From contig OZ220696.1 of the NCBI GenBank assembly GCA_965116495.1, forward strand, positions 3,744,001-3,808,000: a stretch of DNA of 64,000 nucleotides, read 5' to 3'. A model generated the notes under the pieces. It was not told the origin of the DNA, ran no database searches, and was given only the letters and a program-made list of their open reading frames with translations. Position numbers and translations under genes: made by a program. The stretch is from Gammaproteobacteria bacterium. GTDB lineage: Bacteria > Pseudomonadota > Gammaproteobacteria > Eutrophobiales > Eutrophobiaceae. Numbering within the stretch: the first letter of the stretch is position 1; each line of letters starts with the position of its first letter. Shown here one piece after another: positions 28,872-39,389 of this stretch.

Positions 28872-30023
28872 TCAGGTGCGCAGCAGTTTCTTATAGAGCG
28901 CGACCAGTTTCTCTGCTTCGGTTTCCCAGTTGTAGTGTTTTTCCACCGCCGCGCGGCCGCGCTTGCCCATGGCTTCAGCTTTATCGGGGTGGTCCAATAT
29001 CCATTGCATGGCTTCGGATATGGCCTGCGGGTCCAGCGGGTCGACAAGCAGGCCGCATTCCGCATCTTCAACAATGCTCCGCCACAAGGGGAAATCGGAT
29101 ACGATGACCGGCAGGCCCACCGACATGTATTCAAACATTTTTGTGGGCCAGGCATCCAGGTATTTCGGCGTCGGATGTAATACGACCAGCCCGGCCAGAA
29201 CACTTCCGAGAATCCCGGCAACCTGTTTACGGTCAGCCCAGCCTGGGAAGTCTACCTGCCGCCAGCCCGGTGATGTCTGGACTTCCGCCTGCAGGCCAGC
29301 GGGCTGGAATGCGCCGGCGAGACAGAGTTGGATATCCTGTCTCCCTCTCCCTTTCGTGTAGCTTATCGCGGTTATCATTTCGTTGATGCCGCGTATCCTG
29401 GTTATCCCACCGATATAAGCAAAGTGAGGCGGACGTTTCTGGTAGGGAATACTTTCCGTCGTGACCAGTTCATCCAGGATGGGGAAGTTCTGCACCAGCG
29501 TCGTCTTGTGAGGAGGGAAACGCCCGGCAATTTTCGGCTCAGCCGGTACGATGGCGTCAAATACACAGGCCGCCAGCCATTCACAGGCTGACGCTGCCCA
29601 GGATACTGGCCGCCTCGTGATTGTCGGCAACCAGTACTTGGTCAATACCTGGCGCGGCAAGTCCTCGTGCACGTCATAAACCACACGGTAACTGAAGCAC
29701 TTCAGTATGACTCCCAGTGGAATCAGTTCAGGGTCATGGAAATGAACGACCCGTGGTTGCGCCTTTCGCACTGCGCGCCACATACGCCGGACGCCCAGCA
29801 TCATCCTTGTCAGATGTCCTGACGGCGCCTGTCCCGTGTCAATAATCCGTATCGTTCCGCCTGCTTCGATACTATCACCTTTGCCGTCCTGGACGAACAA
29901 CAACACAGTCCGACCCAGCTTTTTTGCCAACGTGCCTGCTTCTCTTACCCGGATCCGGGTGTCTCCACGCGGGTGAACACTGGTTAAAATGGCAATTTCT
30001 GTTTGTTCCATCATACTGATCAA
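28872..30023 (-). CDS. Glycosyltransferase family 4
   Basis: HFHDPEL, YDVHED and PTKMFEYM..GLPVI motifs. Confidence 0.92.
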   Translation of the reverse strand: MISMMEQTEIAILTSVHPRGDTRIRVREAGTLAKKLGRTVLLFVQDGKGDSIEAGGTIRIIDTGQAPSGHLTRMMLGVRRMWRAVRKAQPRVVHFHDPELIPLGVILKCFSYRVVYDVHEDLPRQVLTKYWLPTITRRPVSWAASACEWLAACVFDAIVPAEPKIAGRFPPHKTTLVQNFPILDELVTTESIPYQKRPPHFAYIGGITRIRGINEMITAISYTKGRGRQDIQLCLAGAFQPAGLQAEVQTSPGWRQVDFPGWADRKQVAGILGSVLAGLVVLHPTPKYLDAWPTKMFEYMSVGLPVIVSDFPLWRSIVEDAECGLLVDPLDPQAISEAMQWILDHPDKAEAMGKRGRAAVEKHYNWETEAEKLVALYKKLLRT

Positions 30024-31291
30024 GTTGCTCGTGCGGTTTCAATCGTACTCAACCTGAATGAACTCAGCGCCTGCAAGATGTAGAACAGGCACCCCGATAC
30101 GGACAGGAAGCTCACCAGTATGACCGGGTCCTGCCGCATCCAGCCCAATACCAGGGACAACGCCACCATGACGAAAAAGAACGATTGAAGCAACAGGACA
30201 AGCTTGAGTTTTTCCCGGATGAACAGCACGCCGCCCAGTGGTGCGCAGGCCAGTCTCAACAAGGCCATTGGGGCCAGAATCGTTGCGTAGAGTCCCGCTT
30301 CGCGCCAGTCCTCGCCGAAGACAAAAGCAAAAATTTCCTGGCCGAACAGGATTAACAGCAGTGCCGGCGGCAGGCCGATAATGGACAGCGATAACAGGGT
30401 TTTTATGAACAGGGGCCTGCAGGTGCCGTGTTCCTTCAGGTCTTCCATGGCCCTGCTCCTGAACACCTCCATCATTGCTTCACCGATCAGCGCGATGGGC
30501 AGCATCAGGACCCGGAACACCAGGAAGTACATGCCGGCAACGGCGCTGGTGAATATTGCCGGGATGATCACGTAGGGCATCTGCAGTGACAGCACGTTCA
30601 GCAGGCTTGCCGGCGAGCCTAGAAACGGGAATTTCCTGTATCGCCTGATCAAGGCATACTGCCTGACGCGGTTGAATTCCGGCAGTTTGACGGTGGCTGT
30701 TATCCTCCTGAGGATTAACAGCAACGCAGCGGCCCTCCCCAGACAGTCTGCTATGGCGAGTCCGGTCGTGATTTTTGGGGCAAGCCCGACAGCCACCTGC
30801 AGGGCAGATATGGACCCGCTCTGTATAACCCGGTTTCGGCTCATCAGTCCATACTGTTTTTTCCTGTTCAGCCAGTGCAGCAGGACCTTGTAGACGGAGA
30901 AAAGAAAAATGCTGAACGGCACGATATACAGCCAGTTCTCGAATCCGGGCTGTCCCGACAGGGCTGCGATCTGCTGCCCCCAGACGGCGACCGCGACCAG
31001 GACCAGCAGGCTTACGATGCCGGAAATGACAAAACTGATGATTGCAAGCTGCAGGGCCTCGCTGTCTTTCCTGGCGATCAGCACGGCCATCTCCAGCCGT
31101 CCGGTCGCGATCATGGCGCCGATGGAGATCAAGGCCATGTAAACGGCGAACAGACCGAATTCGGCCGGTGAGTAGATGCGCGTCAGGATCGGCGTGACCG
31201 CAACCGGGATAGCCTGGGCGATGGTCGTGCCTGACACCAGGGTCAGTACGTTTCGGACGTATTCCGATTTAACCCATTTGCCGGAGGACAC
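30020..31291 (-). CDS. wzx: Oligosaccharide flippase (Wzx family)
   Basis: GTTIAQAI..TPILTRIYSP.EFG; about 12 TM segments. Confidence 0.85.
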   Translation of the reverse strand: MSSGKWVKSEYVRNVLTLVSGTTIAQAIPVAVTPILTRIYSPAEFGLFAVYMALISIGAMIATGRLEMAVLIARKDSEALQLAIISFVISGIVSLLVLVAVAVWGQQIAALSGQPGFENWLYIVPFSIFLFSVYKVLLHWLNRKKQYGLMSRNRVIQSGSISALQVAVGLAPKITTGLAIADCLGRAAALLLILRRITATVKLPEFNRVRQYALIRRYRKFPFLGSPASLLNVLSLQMPYVIIPAIFTSAVAGMYFLVFRVLMLPIALIGEAMMEVFRSRAMEDLKEHGTCRPLFIKTLLSLSIIGLPPALLLILFGQEIFAFVFGEDWREAGLYATILAPMALLRLACAPLGGVLFIREKLKLVLLLQSFFFVMVALSLVLGWMRQDPVILVSFLSVSGCLFYILQALSSFRLSTIETARAT

Positions 31292-31318
31292 GGAAGCGAT
31301 ACCTGTGCTGAAGTGAAT

Positions 31319-32884
31319 TCAACCCTGGTCGTTTGTCTGGCTGACCAGTGCCTGGGCCAGGACCCCCCAGCCCAGCGCCGGCAACGGCCAGAAGACCGGT
31401 TTGGAGACGATGATCAGCATCAGGCAGACAAAGTTCAGCGTAAACGCAAACATCCAGAGCAGCTCATCCACCTGCTTGAGTATGACATGACGGGCGGACA
31501 CCAGGCAACCGTACAGGGCCAGGGCCAGGTACAGGAGAAAACCTGCGAGACCGTAGCTGACCCATGCGGACAGGGCGTTGTGCGCATACCTGCCTGCGTG
31601 ACCTTTTGCAAACTTACCGGTATTTTCCGTCAATACGTGCCCGCCGAATTTACCCAGCAGCGGGTTCTCCGCGATTTGTTCGAGGGCTTTGTCCTGCAGG
31701 GCAAGCCGGCCTTTCCAGGATTTTGAGGAAAAGATGTCAAGCACTTCAAACTGGCGGCTGAGGCGCGGGGGTGGGGCGGCTGCACCCGGTGCGGGCGTTG
31801 TCTGGAGTGCAGGGGAGGAATTATCCCCGGCCGGGCCGGCTTGTTCCGTAGCGGGAGGCTTGTCGATGCCCGCCGCCGTAGCTGCCTGGGCGGGTTTCCC
31901 GGACGCCTGAGTCGTGTCATCAGCGCCGGGCAGCCTGTCCGCGGCCGGTGCCGGTTCCGCTTGTTCCGTGGTGCGGGTTTCCAGAAAAACCTCGATGCGA
32001 GGCTTTATATCGGGAGCTGCCAGCAGCAACACTTCCAGGCAAACAACCAGCAGGAGCAGAAAATATCCAGGCTGTTTGATGCCGTAAATGATGCATAACA
32101 CGGTCGATAATGCCAGGAACGCGTAGAAATCCGAGCGGCTGATCAGCATGAACAGGACAAAGACACCGCTGAGCATCAACACAGCCCTGGCGCGCAATGA
32201 ACTAAAAACCGCCAGCAGCACCAGCAGTGTAAACAGGACGCTACGGGCGAATCCCTGGTAGGTGGATACATCCGTAGTATTCCCGTAAAGTCGCCGCGCA
32301 TTGTACATGTTGGCATCAGTGTTGACGTAGAAATAAAGGAGGCAAACCAGGATGAAGGCGAAACTGATGCAAAGCGACCAGCGTAGGAGTCCGGATTCAA
32401 TGGGCAGCAACAGTCCTATCAGAAACAGGGAGGACCAGAAGATAACCGTCTCCAGAGATTGTACTGCGGCTATTGAAACATGATCACCATCGAGAATCAG
32501 GTAGTGTGCCAGAGTCCATGCCGTGGTATAGAACAGAAATGCCAGCACCCACAGAACGTAACGGTTCCCGGTAATTTTTTTCAGCCAGCCGGTGTTCCAG
32601 GGCAGCAGGGCCAGGAGGGCCAGCAGCGCACCCAGGGAAACATAGCCGAACAGCCCCGCGGCAAATGGCGGGATGAGTCCCATGGCTACGGACTGGTGAT
32701 AGAACAGGTACCCCGGAAACAGCAGGAAGAAACTGACGCCCGCGACAGTACGGGAGAGTTTCAATCCCCGGTCGGAACTATTCGGGCAGTCTGCTAACAT
32801 GTTCTGATAGGATTCCGGTTCAAATGTTGACTCACGAACATTACGCTGCATCGGCAAATTACGGCAACGGCGTATTGATGCCAT
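31319..32884 (-). CDS. Wzy/O-antigen ligase-like polytopic membrane protein with a Pro/Ala-rich insertion
   Basis: Many TM segments, ISR, R...Q..NPLLG..G and AHN motifs; true start probably downstream of 32884. Confidence 0.72.
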   Translation of the reverse strand: MASIRRCRNLPMQRNVRESTFEPESYQNMLADCPNSSDRGLKLSRTVAGVSFFLLFPGYLFYHQSVAMGLIPPFAAGLFGYVSLGALLALLALLPWNTGWLKKITGNRYVLWVLAFLFYTTAWTLAHYLILDGDHVSIAAVQSLETVIFWSSLFLIGLLLPIESGLLRWSLCISFAFILVCLLYFYVNTDANMYNARRLYGNTTDVSTYQGFARSVLFTLLVLLAVFSSLRARAVLMLSGVFVLFMLISRSDFYAFLALSTVLCIIYGIKQPGYFLLLLVVCLEVLLLAAPDIKPRIEVFLETRTTEQAEPAPAADRLPGADDTTQASGKPAQAATAAGIDKPPATEQAGPAGDNSSPALQTTPAPGAAAPPPRLSRQFEVLDIFSSKSWKGRLALQDKALEQIAENPLLGKFGGHVLTENTGKFAKGHAGRYAHNALSAWVSYGLAGFLLYLALALYGCLVSARHVILKQVDELLWMFAFTLNFVCLMLIIVSKPVFWPLPALGWGVLAQALVSQTNDQG

Positions 32885-32892
32885 TATAAATT

Positions 32893-34131
32893 ATGTCTGG
32901 CCGGACTGTCTGGATAATCAACCATTATGCCCAGTCGCCCGCGGGATCCGGCAGCACGCGCCATTATGACCTGGCGAAACACCTGCGCGACCTGGGTTGG
33001 AAAACCTGGATATTCGCGGCCAGCGTTGAGTTGAATACGCAGAAACAAAGGCTGGAAAAACATGAACATAGCAGGTCGGAAACCGTCGGGGGAGTCAATT
33101 TTCGCTGGTTGAAAACGCCCGGGCACCAGGGCAACGGCGTTGGACGCATGGTCAATATGCTTGCATTTTCCTGGCAGGTCTTGGTTGGAAAGTCGACCGC
33201 AGACCTGGATCGGCCGGACCTGGTGGTCGGTTCTACGGTCCACCCGTTGGCAGCCGCCTCCGGGGCGCTGCTGGCGCGGCGTTACCGGGTCCCTTTTATT
33301 TTCGAGGTGCGCGACATCTGGCCGGAAACTCTCATCGCGCTGGGTCGCACCCGCAGGCACAGCCCGTTCGCCGTATTGCTCGCAATGCTGGAGAGGTGGT
33401 TGTGTCGCCGGTCCTGCCGGGTCGTGTCGGTCCTGCCGGGGTATGGGAACTATGTCAGCGACCGTAACATCCCGACGCAAGAGGTGATCCACATACCCAA
33501 CGGCGTCAACCTGGATAATATCGGCGAACCTCGTGGTTACCGGAAACAGGGTACGTTCCGGATTACTTATCTCGGCGCTCACGGCACCGCCAATGACCTG
33601 CAGACCCTGGTCCGGGCCATGGAGATCATAGAATTGACGCACGGTCTTGCGACAATCGAATGCCACCTGATCGGCTCAGGCCCGATGAAGCAGGCGCTGG
33701 CGGATTACTGTGCCGAGAGAGGGATGAAACAGGTTGTTTTTCATCCTCCCGTCAACAAGAACGCCATCGCGGCGCTAGCATCGGGCACCCAGGCTTTTGT
33801 ATTATGCGGCAGAAAACTGCCGTCGCTGTACAAGTATGGAATCAGCATGAACAAGATTCCTGACTACATGGCGATGGGTCGTCCTGTTATTATTGCAATT
33901 GAATCCGTCAATAATCCGGTTATCGAGGCGGATGCCGGTATCTGTGTACCGCCGGAAGACCCTGAGGAACTGGCAGGTTCCATCATGAAGATGGCACAAA
34001 TGAGTGAGGCGGAACTGCGCGCCATGGGCTTGAGAGGGCGTCGATATGTTGAACAGGAACACGATATGAAGTTGCTGGCGAAACGGTTGGCCGACGGGAT
34101 GGAGCAGTGTCTGGTGAGAGATGCGGGTTGA
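32893..34131 (+). CDS. Glycosyltransferase family 4 (WbuB-like)
   Basis: WIINHY, FEVRDIWPE and NKIPDYMA.GRP motifs. Confidence 0.9.
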   Translation: MSGRTVWIINHYAQSPAGSGSTRHYDLAKHLRDLGWKTWIFAASVELNTQKQRLEKHEHSRSETVGGVNFRWLKTPGHQGNGVGRMVNMLAFSWQVLVGKSTADLDRPDLVVGSTVHPLAAASGALLARRYRVPFIFEVRDIWPETLIALGRTRRHSPFAVLLAMLERWLCRRSCRVVSVLPGYGNYVSDRNIPTQEVIHIPNGVNLDNIGEPRGYRKQGTFRITYLGAHGTANDLQTLVRAMEIIELTHGLATIECHLIGSGPMKQALADYCAERGMKQVVFHPPVNKNAIAALASGTQAFVLCGRKLPSLYKYGISMNKIPDYMAMGRPVIIAIESVNNPVIEADAGICVPPEDPEELAGSIMKMAQMSEAELRAMGLRGRRYVEQEHDMKLLAKRLADGMEQCLVRDAG

Positions 34132-34738
34132 CCTGTCCGATTGTGCAAAACGCCTGTTTGACCTGGTTTTCAGCCTGGTCCTGGTGATCCTGTTGTTGCC
34201 GTTGTTTGCCCTGCTGGCTGTCCTGGTTTATATCGACCTGGGCAGTCCCGTACTGTTTCGCCAGCGGCGGCCGGGATTGCAGGGGAAACCTTTCACCTTT
34301 TACAAGCTTCGCACCATGAACAACGGGACGAACGAGAACGGACGGTTAATGCCCGATGAAGACAGGCTTACCGGTTTCGGCAGGTTCCTGCGCGGGACCA
34401 GCGTGGATGAGTTGCCCCAACTGTTCAACGTGATCAGGGGTGATATGAGCCTTGTCGGGCCCCGCCCCCTGTTGATGGAATACCTCGATCTCTATACCGA
34501 TGAGCAAATGCGCCGCCACGAGGTCAGACCGGGGATCACCGGCTGGGCACAGGTCAATGGCCGTAACGCCATCACCTGGGAGGAAAAATTCAGTCTGGAT
34601 CTCTGGTACGTCGATAACCGCAGCCTGTTCCTGGATCTCAGGATCGTCCTGTTGACTGTAGTGAGAATTATAAGGAAAGAGGGCATCAGCCAGGCGGGGA
34701 TGGCGACTGCGGAGAAGTTCAAGGGCTCGATATCATGA
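34121..34738 (+). CDS. Undecaprenyl-phosphate sugar phosphotransferase (PglC-like)
   Basis: KRLFD, DELPQL, SLVGPRP and PGITGWAQVNGRN motifs. Confidence 0.92.
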   Translation: MRVDLSDCAKRLFDLVFSLVLVILLLPLFALLAVLVYIDLGSPVLFRQRRPGLQGKPFTFYKLRTMNNGTNENGRLMPDEDRLTGFGRFLRGTSVDELPQLFNVIRGDMSLVGPRPLLMEYLDLYTDEQMRRHEVRPGITGWAQVNGRNAITWEEKFSLDLWYVDNRSLFLDLRIVLLTVVRIIRKEGISQAGMATAEKFKGSIS

Positions 34739-35376
34739 GTACGTTACTGATTTTCGGCGCCGGCGGCCATGGCAAGGTGGTTGCGGACACTGCGAGAGCC
34801 ATTGGGAACTGGAATGAGATCATGTTTGCGGATGATGCTTATCCGCAAGCAACAACCGTTGACGGTTATCCGGTGGTTGCCGACTTCTCCGGCGCAAGAT
34901 CCATGGGGAGCTGCCGCGGGGACGTTATCGTTGCTATCGGCAATAACCGTAAACGCTCGGACCTGACCACACAGCTCAGGCAATCCGGGTTTAAACCGGT
35001 AACGTTGATACATCCTGCAGCGGTCGTAGCGCAATCGGCACACATTGAGACAGGCACAGTGATTTTTGCCCAGGCGGTCGTGCAGGCGGCTGCCCGGGTC
35101 GGCAGCGCCGTTATCGTCAACACAGCCGCTACCGTGGATCATGACTGCAGTATCGGCGACGGGGTGCACCTGTCCCCCGGCGTACACCTGGGGGGTGAAG
35201 TGGAGATAGGTGATTACAGTTGGCTGGGGGTCGGCGCGTTAGTCATCAACCGGACGGCTGTCGGCAGCGGTGTGACGGTGGGGGCCGGTTCCTGCGTGAT
35301 CGGCGATCTCTCCGACGGGGTCACTGTGGTGGGCGTACCCGCCCGTCCCATTCGACAGGATCAACCGGGCGACTGA
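34735..35376 (+). CDS. Acetyltransferase (PglD/NeuD family)
   Basis: GAGGHGKVV, AIGNN..R, DHDC and hexapeptide repeats. Confidence 0.9.
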   Translation: MSTLLIFGAGGHGKVVADTARAIGNWNEIMFADDAYPQATTVDGYPVVADFSGARSMGSCRGDVIVAIGNNRKRSDLTTQLRQSGFKPVTLIHPAAVVAQSAHIETGTVIFAQAVVQAAARVGSAVIVNTAATVDHDCSIGDGVHLSPGVHLGGEVEIGDYSWLGVGALVINRTAVGSGVTVGAGSCVIGDLSDGVTVVGVPARPIRQDQPGD

Positions 35377-35388
35377 TACCCGGCCCCT

Positions 35389-36558
35389 GTGACCATGTTG
35401 CCTGATCTCCCTTCCTGGCCGGTATACAGCAAAGCTGAAAGAGCAGCCGTTGACCGGGTGCTGGAGCGGGGACTGGGAAATTACTGGTATGGCTCGGAAG
35501 GCAAGGCGTTTGAACGGGAATTTGCCTCGTATTGCGGTTTGGCCCATGGCCTGGTCGTTGCCAACGGTACTGTTGCACTGGAATTATGCCTGCGTGCGCT
35601 GGGTATCGGACCCGGCGATGAAGTGGTGACTACCCCCCGATCATTCATCGCCACGGCCAACAGTATCGTGTTGTGCGGCGCCAGACCGGTGTTTGCCGAC
35701 GTTGACCCGGACAGCCAGAATATCACATCGGAATCTGTCCGCGCCGTCATTACCGGCAACACGCGCGCGATATTGGCGGTACACCTGGCCGGCTGGCCGT
35801 GCGACATGGCCGGGTTGCGGCAACTGGCCAGGGACAATGGCCTGCACCTCATAGAGGATTGCGCCCAGGCCCACGGCGCTGCCATTGACGGGGTAAAAGT
35901 AGGCGCACTGGGACACGTTGCCGCATTTTCCTTCTGTCACGACAAGATTGTATCCACCGGTGGAGAAGGTGGTATGCTTGTTACCAATGATGAAGAACTC
36001 TGGGCAAAGGCAGCCGCCTTCAGAAATCATGGCCGTGACCCGAGAAGCATGCCGGAAGGCAATCATGAATACCCCTACCTGCATGGGACGGTCGGCAGTA
36101 ATTACCGGATGACGGAAATGCAGTCGGTAATCGGCAGGCATCATCTGGCCCGGCTGGACCTGTGGCTTGAAGAGAGAAGGCGCAACGCCATGCTGTTGAG
36201 GAATGCCCTGGCCGGTATGGATATCCTGCGCTTACCGGCGCCGGCCGGGAATATCAGACACGCGTATTACCGGTTTTATGCATTTTTAAACAGGGAAAAA
36301 CTGCGCCCGGACTGGGACAGGGCCAAGCTTGTCGAGGCCCTGCGCAATGCCGGTATCCCTTGCGATACCGGCATCTGCCCCGAGATTTACCGGGAACCGG
36401 CATACCAGGGCGCATTTCCCCAGGGATATCCGCGTTTGCCTCACGCCAGGGCGCTGGGAGAGACGGCCATTGCATTTCCGGTACATCCGGGCATTGGTGA
36501 TGAGTTGATGGCTGTCATGGCCGGGTCGATACGCGCAGTTCTGTCCGGGGTTTGTTAA
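35389..36558 (+). CDS. DegT-family aminotransferase (PglE-like role)
   Basis: NGTVALE, EDCAQAHG and SFCHDKI.STGGEGG motifs. Confidence 0.9.
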   Translation: MTMLPDLPSWPVYSKAERAAVDRVLERGLGNYWYGSEGKAFEREFASYCGLAHGLVVANGTVALELCLRALGIGPGDEVVTTPRSFIATANSIVLCGARPVFADVDPDSQNITSESVRAVITGNTRAILAVHLAGWPCDMAGLRQLARDNGLHLIEDCAQAHGAAIDGVKVGALGHVAAFSFCHDKIVSTGGEGGMLVTNDEELWAKAAAFRNHGRDPRSMPEGNHEYPYLHGTVGSNYRMTEMQSVIGRHHLARLDLWLEERRRNAMLLRNALAGMDILRLPAPAGNIRHAYYRFYAFLNREKLRPDWDRAKLVEALRNAGIPCDTGICPEIYREPAYQGAFPQGYPRLPHARALGETAIAFPVHPGIGDELMAVMAGSIRAVLSGVC

Positions 36559-36564
36559 GCCGTT

Positions 36565-38457
36565 ATGTTCAAAAATCTTGTTAACGGCCTGAAGAATACC
36601 CAACCTCTGCTGCGCCTGTACATCCGCGCGGGCGTATTTCTACACGATGTCCTGATGATCCCGGCAGCCTGGTACCTGGCCTACTGGTTGAGGTTCAACC
36701 TGGGGACCATTCCCGAGAACTCCCTGCAGGTTGCCACCCTCATGCTGCCGGTGGTCATCGTCTGCCAGTCATTCAGCTACGTTGTTTTCGGTTTGTATCG
36801 CGGTATCTGGCGCTTTGCCTCCCTGTATGACTTCATCCGTATAGGTAAATCGGTCTACGTTGGGGCGTTAATCGCAACCCTGGTGATATTCGCCGTTACC
36901 GGGATGGAGCAGGTGCCCAGGTCGGTAATACCCCTGTACATGTTACTGCTGTTTATTTTGCTGGGCGGCAACAGGGCGTTATACCGTTCCCTGAAAGACC
37001 AGCGCATGCGGGCGGGAGGCGGTAAACGGGTCCTGGTAATCGGCGCCGGCGAGTCGGCCCAGATGCTGGCGCGTGATATTTTGCAGCATGCCCGGGGTGA
37101 GTACCTGCCGGTCGGGATGATCGATGATAATCCCGACAAGCTGAACCGGGAAATACATGGGATAAAGGTGTTTGGCGGTTTTGAGGATATTCCGGACGTG
37201 GTGGGGAAACAGTCGGTAGACCTGATAATCATCGCGATTCCCTCTTTGTCCACTGCCAGGATGCAGAGACTGGTCGGCATCTGTGAAAGCACTGGCACGG
37301 AGTTTAAAACCCTGCCCAGACTTGAGGACCTGATCTCGGGACAGGTAAGCGTCAGTTCCATCCAGGAAGTCTCTATTGAGGACCTGCTGGGGAGGGAAAA
37401 GATCGAACTGGACCGCGACATGATGCAGGTCGGCCTGTCCGGCAAGGTTATTATGGTGACCGGCGCCGGCGGTTCCATCGGGACGGAGCTTTGCCGGCAG
37501 GTTGCCGGGTTTGCACCGGCTACCCTGGTGATTTTTGAGAGGAGTGAGTTCAACCTGTATTGCATACAGCAGGAACTGGAAAACAACTACCCGGAACTCA
37601 ACCAGGTCGCGGTACTGGGTGACGTGTGTGACCGGCAGGTTGTTGAGGCTATCCTGGGGCAATACCGACCGGAGCTGTTATTCCACGCGGCTGCGTACAA
37701 GCATGTGCCGCTGTTGCAGGCGCACCCTGCCCAGGCCGTCAAAAATAATATTACCGGCACCCGCATCGCTGCCGAGGCGGCAAGTAAATTCCACTGTGAC
37801 AAATTCGTGTTTATTTCCACCGACAAAGCGGTCAACCCGACCAGTATTCTCGGGGCGACCAAGCGTGCAGGTGAGATCTACTGCGAGGGCATGAATGCGG
37901 TTTCCGCGACGAGGTTTATCACGGTCAGGTTCGGCAACGTGCTGGGTTCGGACGGCAGCGTAGTCCCGTTGTTCAGGGAGCAGATCAGGAGCGGAGGCCC
38001 GTTGACGGTAACCCATCCTGATATGACCCGCTACTTCATGACCATAAGGGAAGCGTGCCAGTTGATCCTGCAAGCCAGTGTCGTGGAACAGGAAGGGGGG
38101 ATTTACGTACTGGACATGGGCGCACCCGTCAGTATCGACTACCTGGCTGAACAGATGATCCGGTTGTCCGGCAAAGTGCCGGGGGAGGATATCGAAGTTG
38201 AATACGTGGGCCTGCGGCCGGGGGAGAAACTGTATGAAGAACTGTTTTATGATGGTGAAGAAAAAGAAACAACCAGGAACAGCAAGGTATTCAGGGCAAA
38301 ACATGCCGCGGCCGACTGGCGCCTGGTCAAGCAGGTGGTTGACCGCCTGGAGCAGGCCCGGACAAACATGGACGATCACGAGATAAAACGAATCCTGGCC
38401 GAACTGGTTCCCCACTATAAGGATGAAGATGCGATTGGTATTGTCAAGGTTGCGTAG
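36565..38457 (+). CDS. UDP-GlcNAc 4,6-dehydratase (PglF/WbpM/CapD)
   Basis: N-terminal TM segments, GAGGSIG, HAAAYKHVP, ISTDKAV and RFGNVLGS motifs. Confidence 0.93.
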   Translation: MFKNLVNGLKNTQPLLRLYIRAGVFLHDVLMIPAAWYLAYWLRFNLGTIPENSLQVATLMLPVVIVCQSFSYVVFGLYRGIWRFASLYDFIRIGKSVYVGALIATLVIFAVTGMEQVPRSVIPLYMLLLFILLGGNRALYRSLKDQRMRAGGGKRVLVIGAGESAQMLARDILQHARGEYLPVGMIDDNPDKLNREIHGIKVFGGFEDIPDVVGKQSVDLIIIAIPSLSTARMQRLVGICESTGTEFKTLPRLEDLISGQVSVSSIQEVSIEDLLGREKIELDRDMMQVGLSGKVIMVTGAGGSIGTELCRQVAGFAPATLVIFERSEFNLYCIQQELENNYPELNQVAVLGDVCDRQVVEAILGQYRPELLFHAAAYKHVPLLQAHPAQAVKNNITGTRIAAEAASKFHCDKFVFISTDKAVNPTSILGATKRAGEIYCEGMNAVSATRFITVRFGNVLGSDGSVVPLFREQIRSGGPLTVTHPDMTRYFMTIREACQLILQASVVEQEGGIYVLDMGAPVSIDYLAEQMIRLSGKVPGEDIEVEYVGLRPGEKLYEELFYDGEEKETTRNSKVFRAKHAAADWRLVKQVVDRLEQARTNMDDHEIKRILAELVPHYKDEDAIGIVKVA

Positions 38458-38477
38458 TCACCAGGATATTCCGGGTA

Positions 38478-39365
38478 ATGGCAGCTAAGATCACCAAGGC
38501 GGTTTTCCCGGTGGCGGGCCTGGGGACGCGTACTTTGCCGGCCACGAAAGTGCTGGCCAAGGAGATGTTGACCGTGGTGGACCGTCCCGTCATCCAGTAT
38601 GCCGTAGAGGAGGCGCTCAGCGCGGGAATCAGGGAACTGATATTTGTCACCGCAGAGGGAAAAGAGATCATCCGGGATCATTTCCAGTCCAACGTCAAAC
38701 TGGAGAGTGAACTGGAGCGGAGGGGCAAACTGGAATTACTCGAGGTAGTGAGGGATATTCCGCCCCATGGGACCGATTGTCACTACGTCATCCAGCCTGA
38801 GCCCCTGGGGCTGGGCCATGCCGTCCTGTGCGCCAGGCCCCTGGTGGGGGATGAACCGTTTGCCGTTATCCTGCCGGATGATTTGATCCATAGTCCCGGG
38901 CGCGGTTGTCTGCAACAGATGATGGATATGTACCTGGAGAAAAACGCCGGCGTAGTGGCAGTTGAAAACGTGGCGCGCGCACAGGTTTCCCGTTACGGGA
39001 TAGTCGAGACAGGCGTTGATGCCGGCGGTGACAAGATAATGAATTCGGTTGTGGAAAAACCCGCTCCGGAGGACGCGCCGTCCACACTGGCGGTGGTAGG
39101 TCGCTACATCTTTACGCCGGGCATCATGCCCGTGCTGGAAACCACGCCCAGGGGCGCGGGAAACGAGATACAGTTAACCGATGCGATTGCGGCGCTGCTG
39201 GGGAAAGAAGATGTATACCTGTGTGAATTTGAGGGAACCCGCTACGACTGCGGCTCAATCCCGGGACTGGCGCAAGCCAACGTCGAGTATGCGCTCAGGC
39301 ACGGGGTAATCGGCGCCGAGTTCGAAGCATACCTGGCGGACCTGGTAAAGAATAACGGGGTTTGA
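38478..39365 (+). CDS. galU: UTP--glucose-1-phosphate uridylyltransferase
   Basis: PVAGLGTR.LPATK, LGLGHAV, VEKP and EIQLTDAI motifs. Confidence 0.95.
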   Translation: MAAKITKAVFPVAGLGTRTLPATKVLAKEMLTVVDRPVIQYAVEEALSAGIRELIFVTAEGKEIIRDHFQSNVKLESELERRGKLELLEVVRDIPPHGTDCHYVIQPEPLGLGHAVLCARPLVGDEPFAVILPDDLIHSPGRGCLQQMMDMYLEKNAGVVAVENVARAQVSRYGIVETGVDAGGDKIMNSVVEKPAPEDAPSTLAVVGRYIFTPGIMPVLETTPRGAGNEIQLTDAIAALLGKEDVYLCEFEGTRYDCGSIPGLAQANVEYALRHGVIGAEFEAYLADLVKNNGV

Positions 39366-39389
39366 AACTATCCGGTTTTCGGAGTTGCC

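Noticed and set aside
32884-32893. Divergent genes only 8 bp apart
   Set aside because: The wzy-like start is probably further downstream, leaving normal room for promoters
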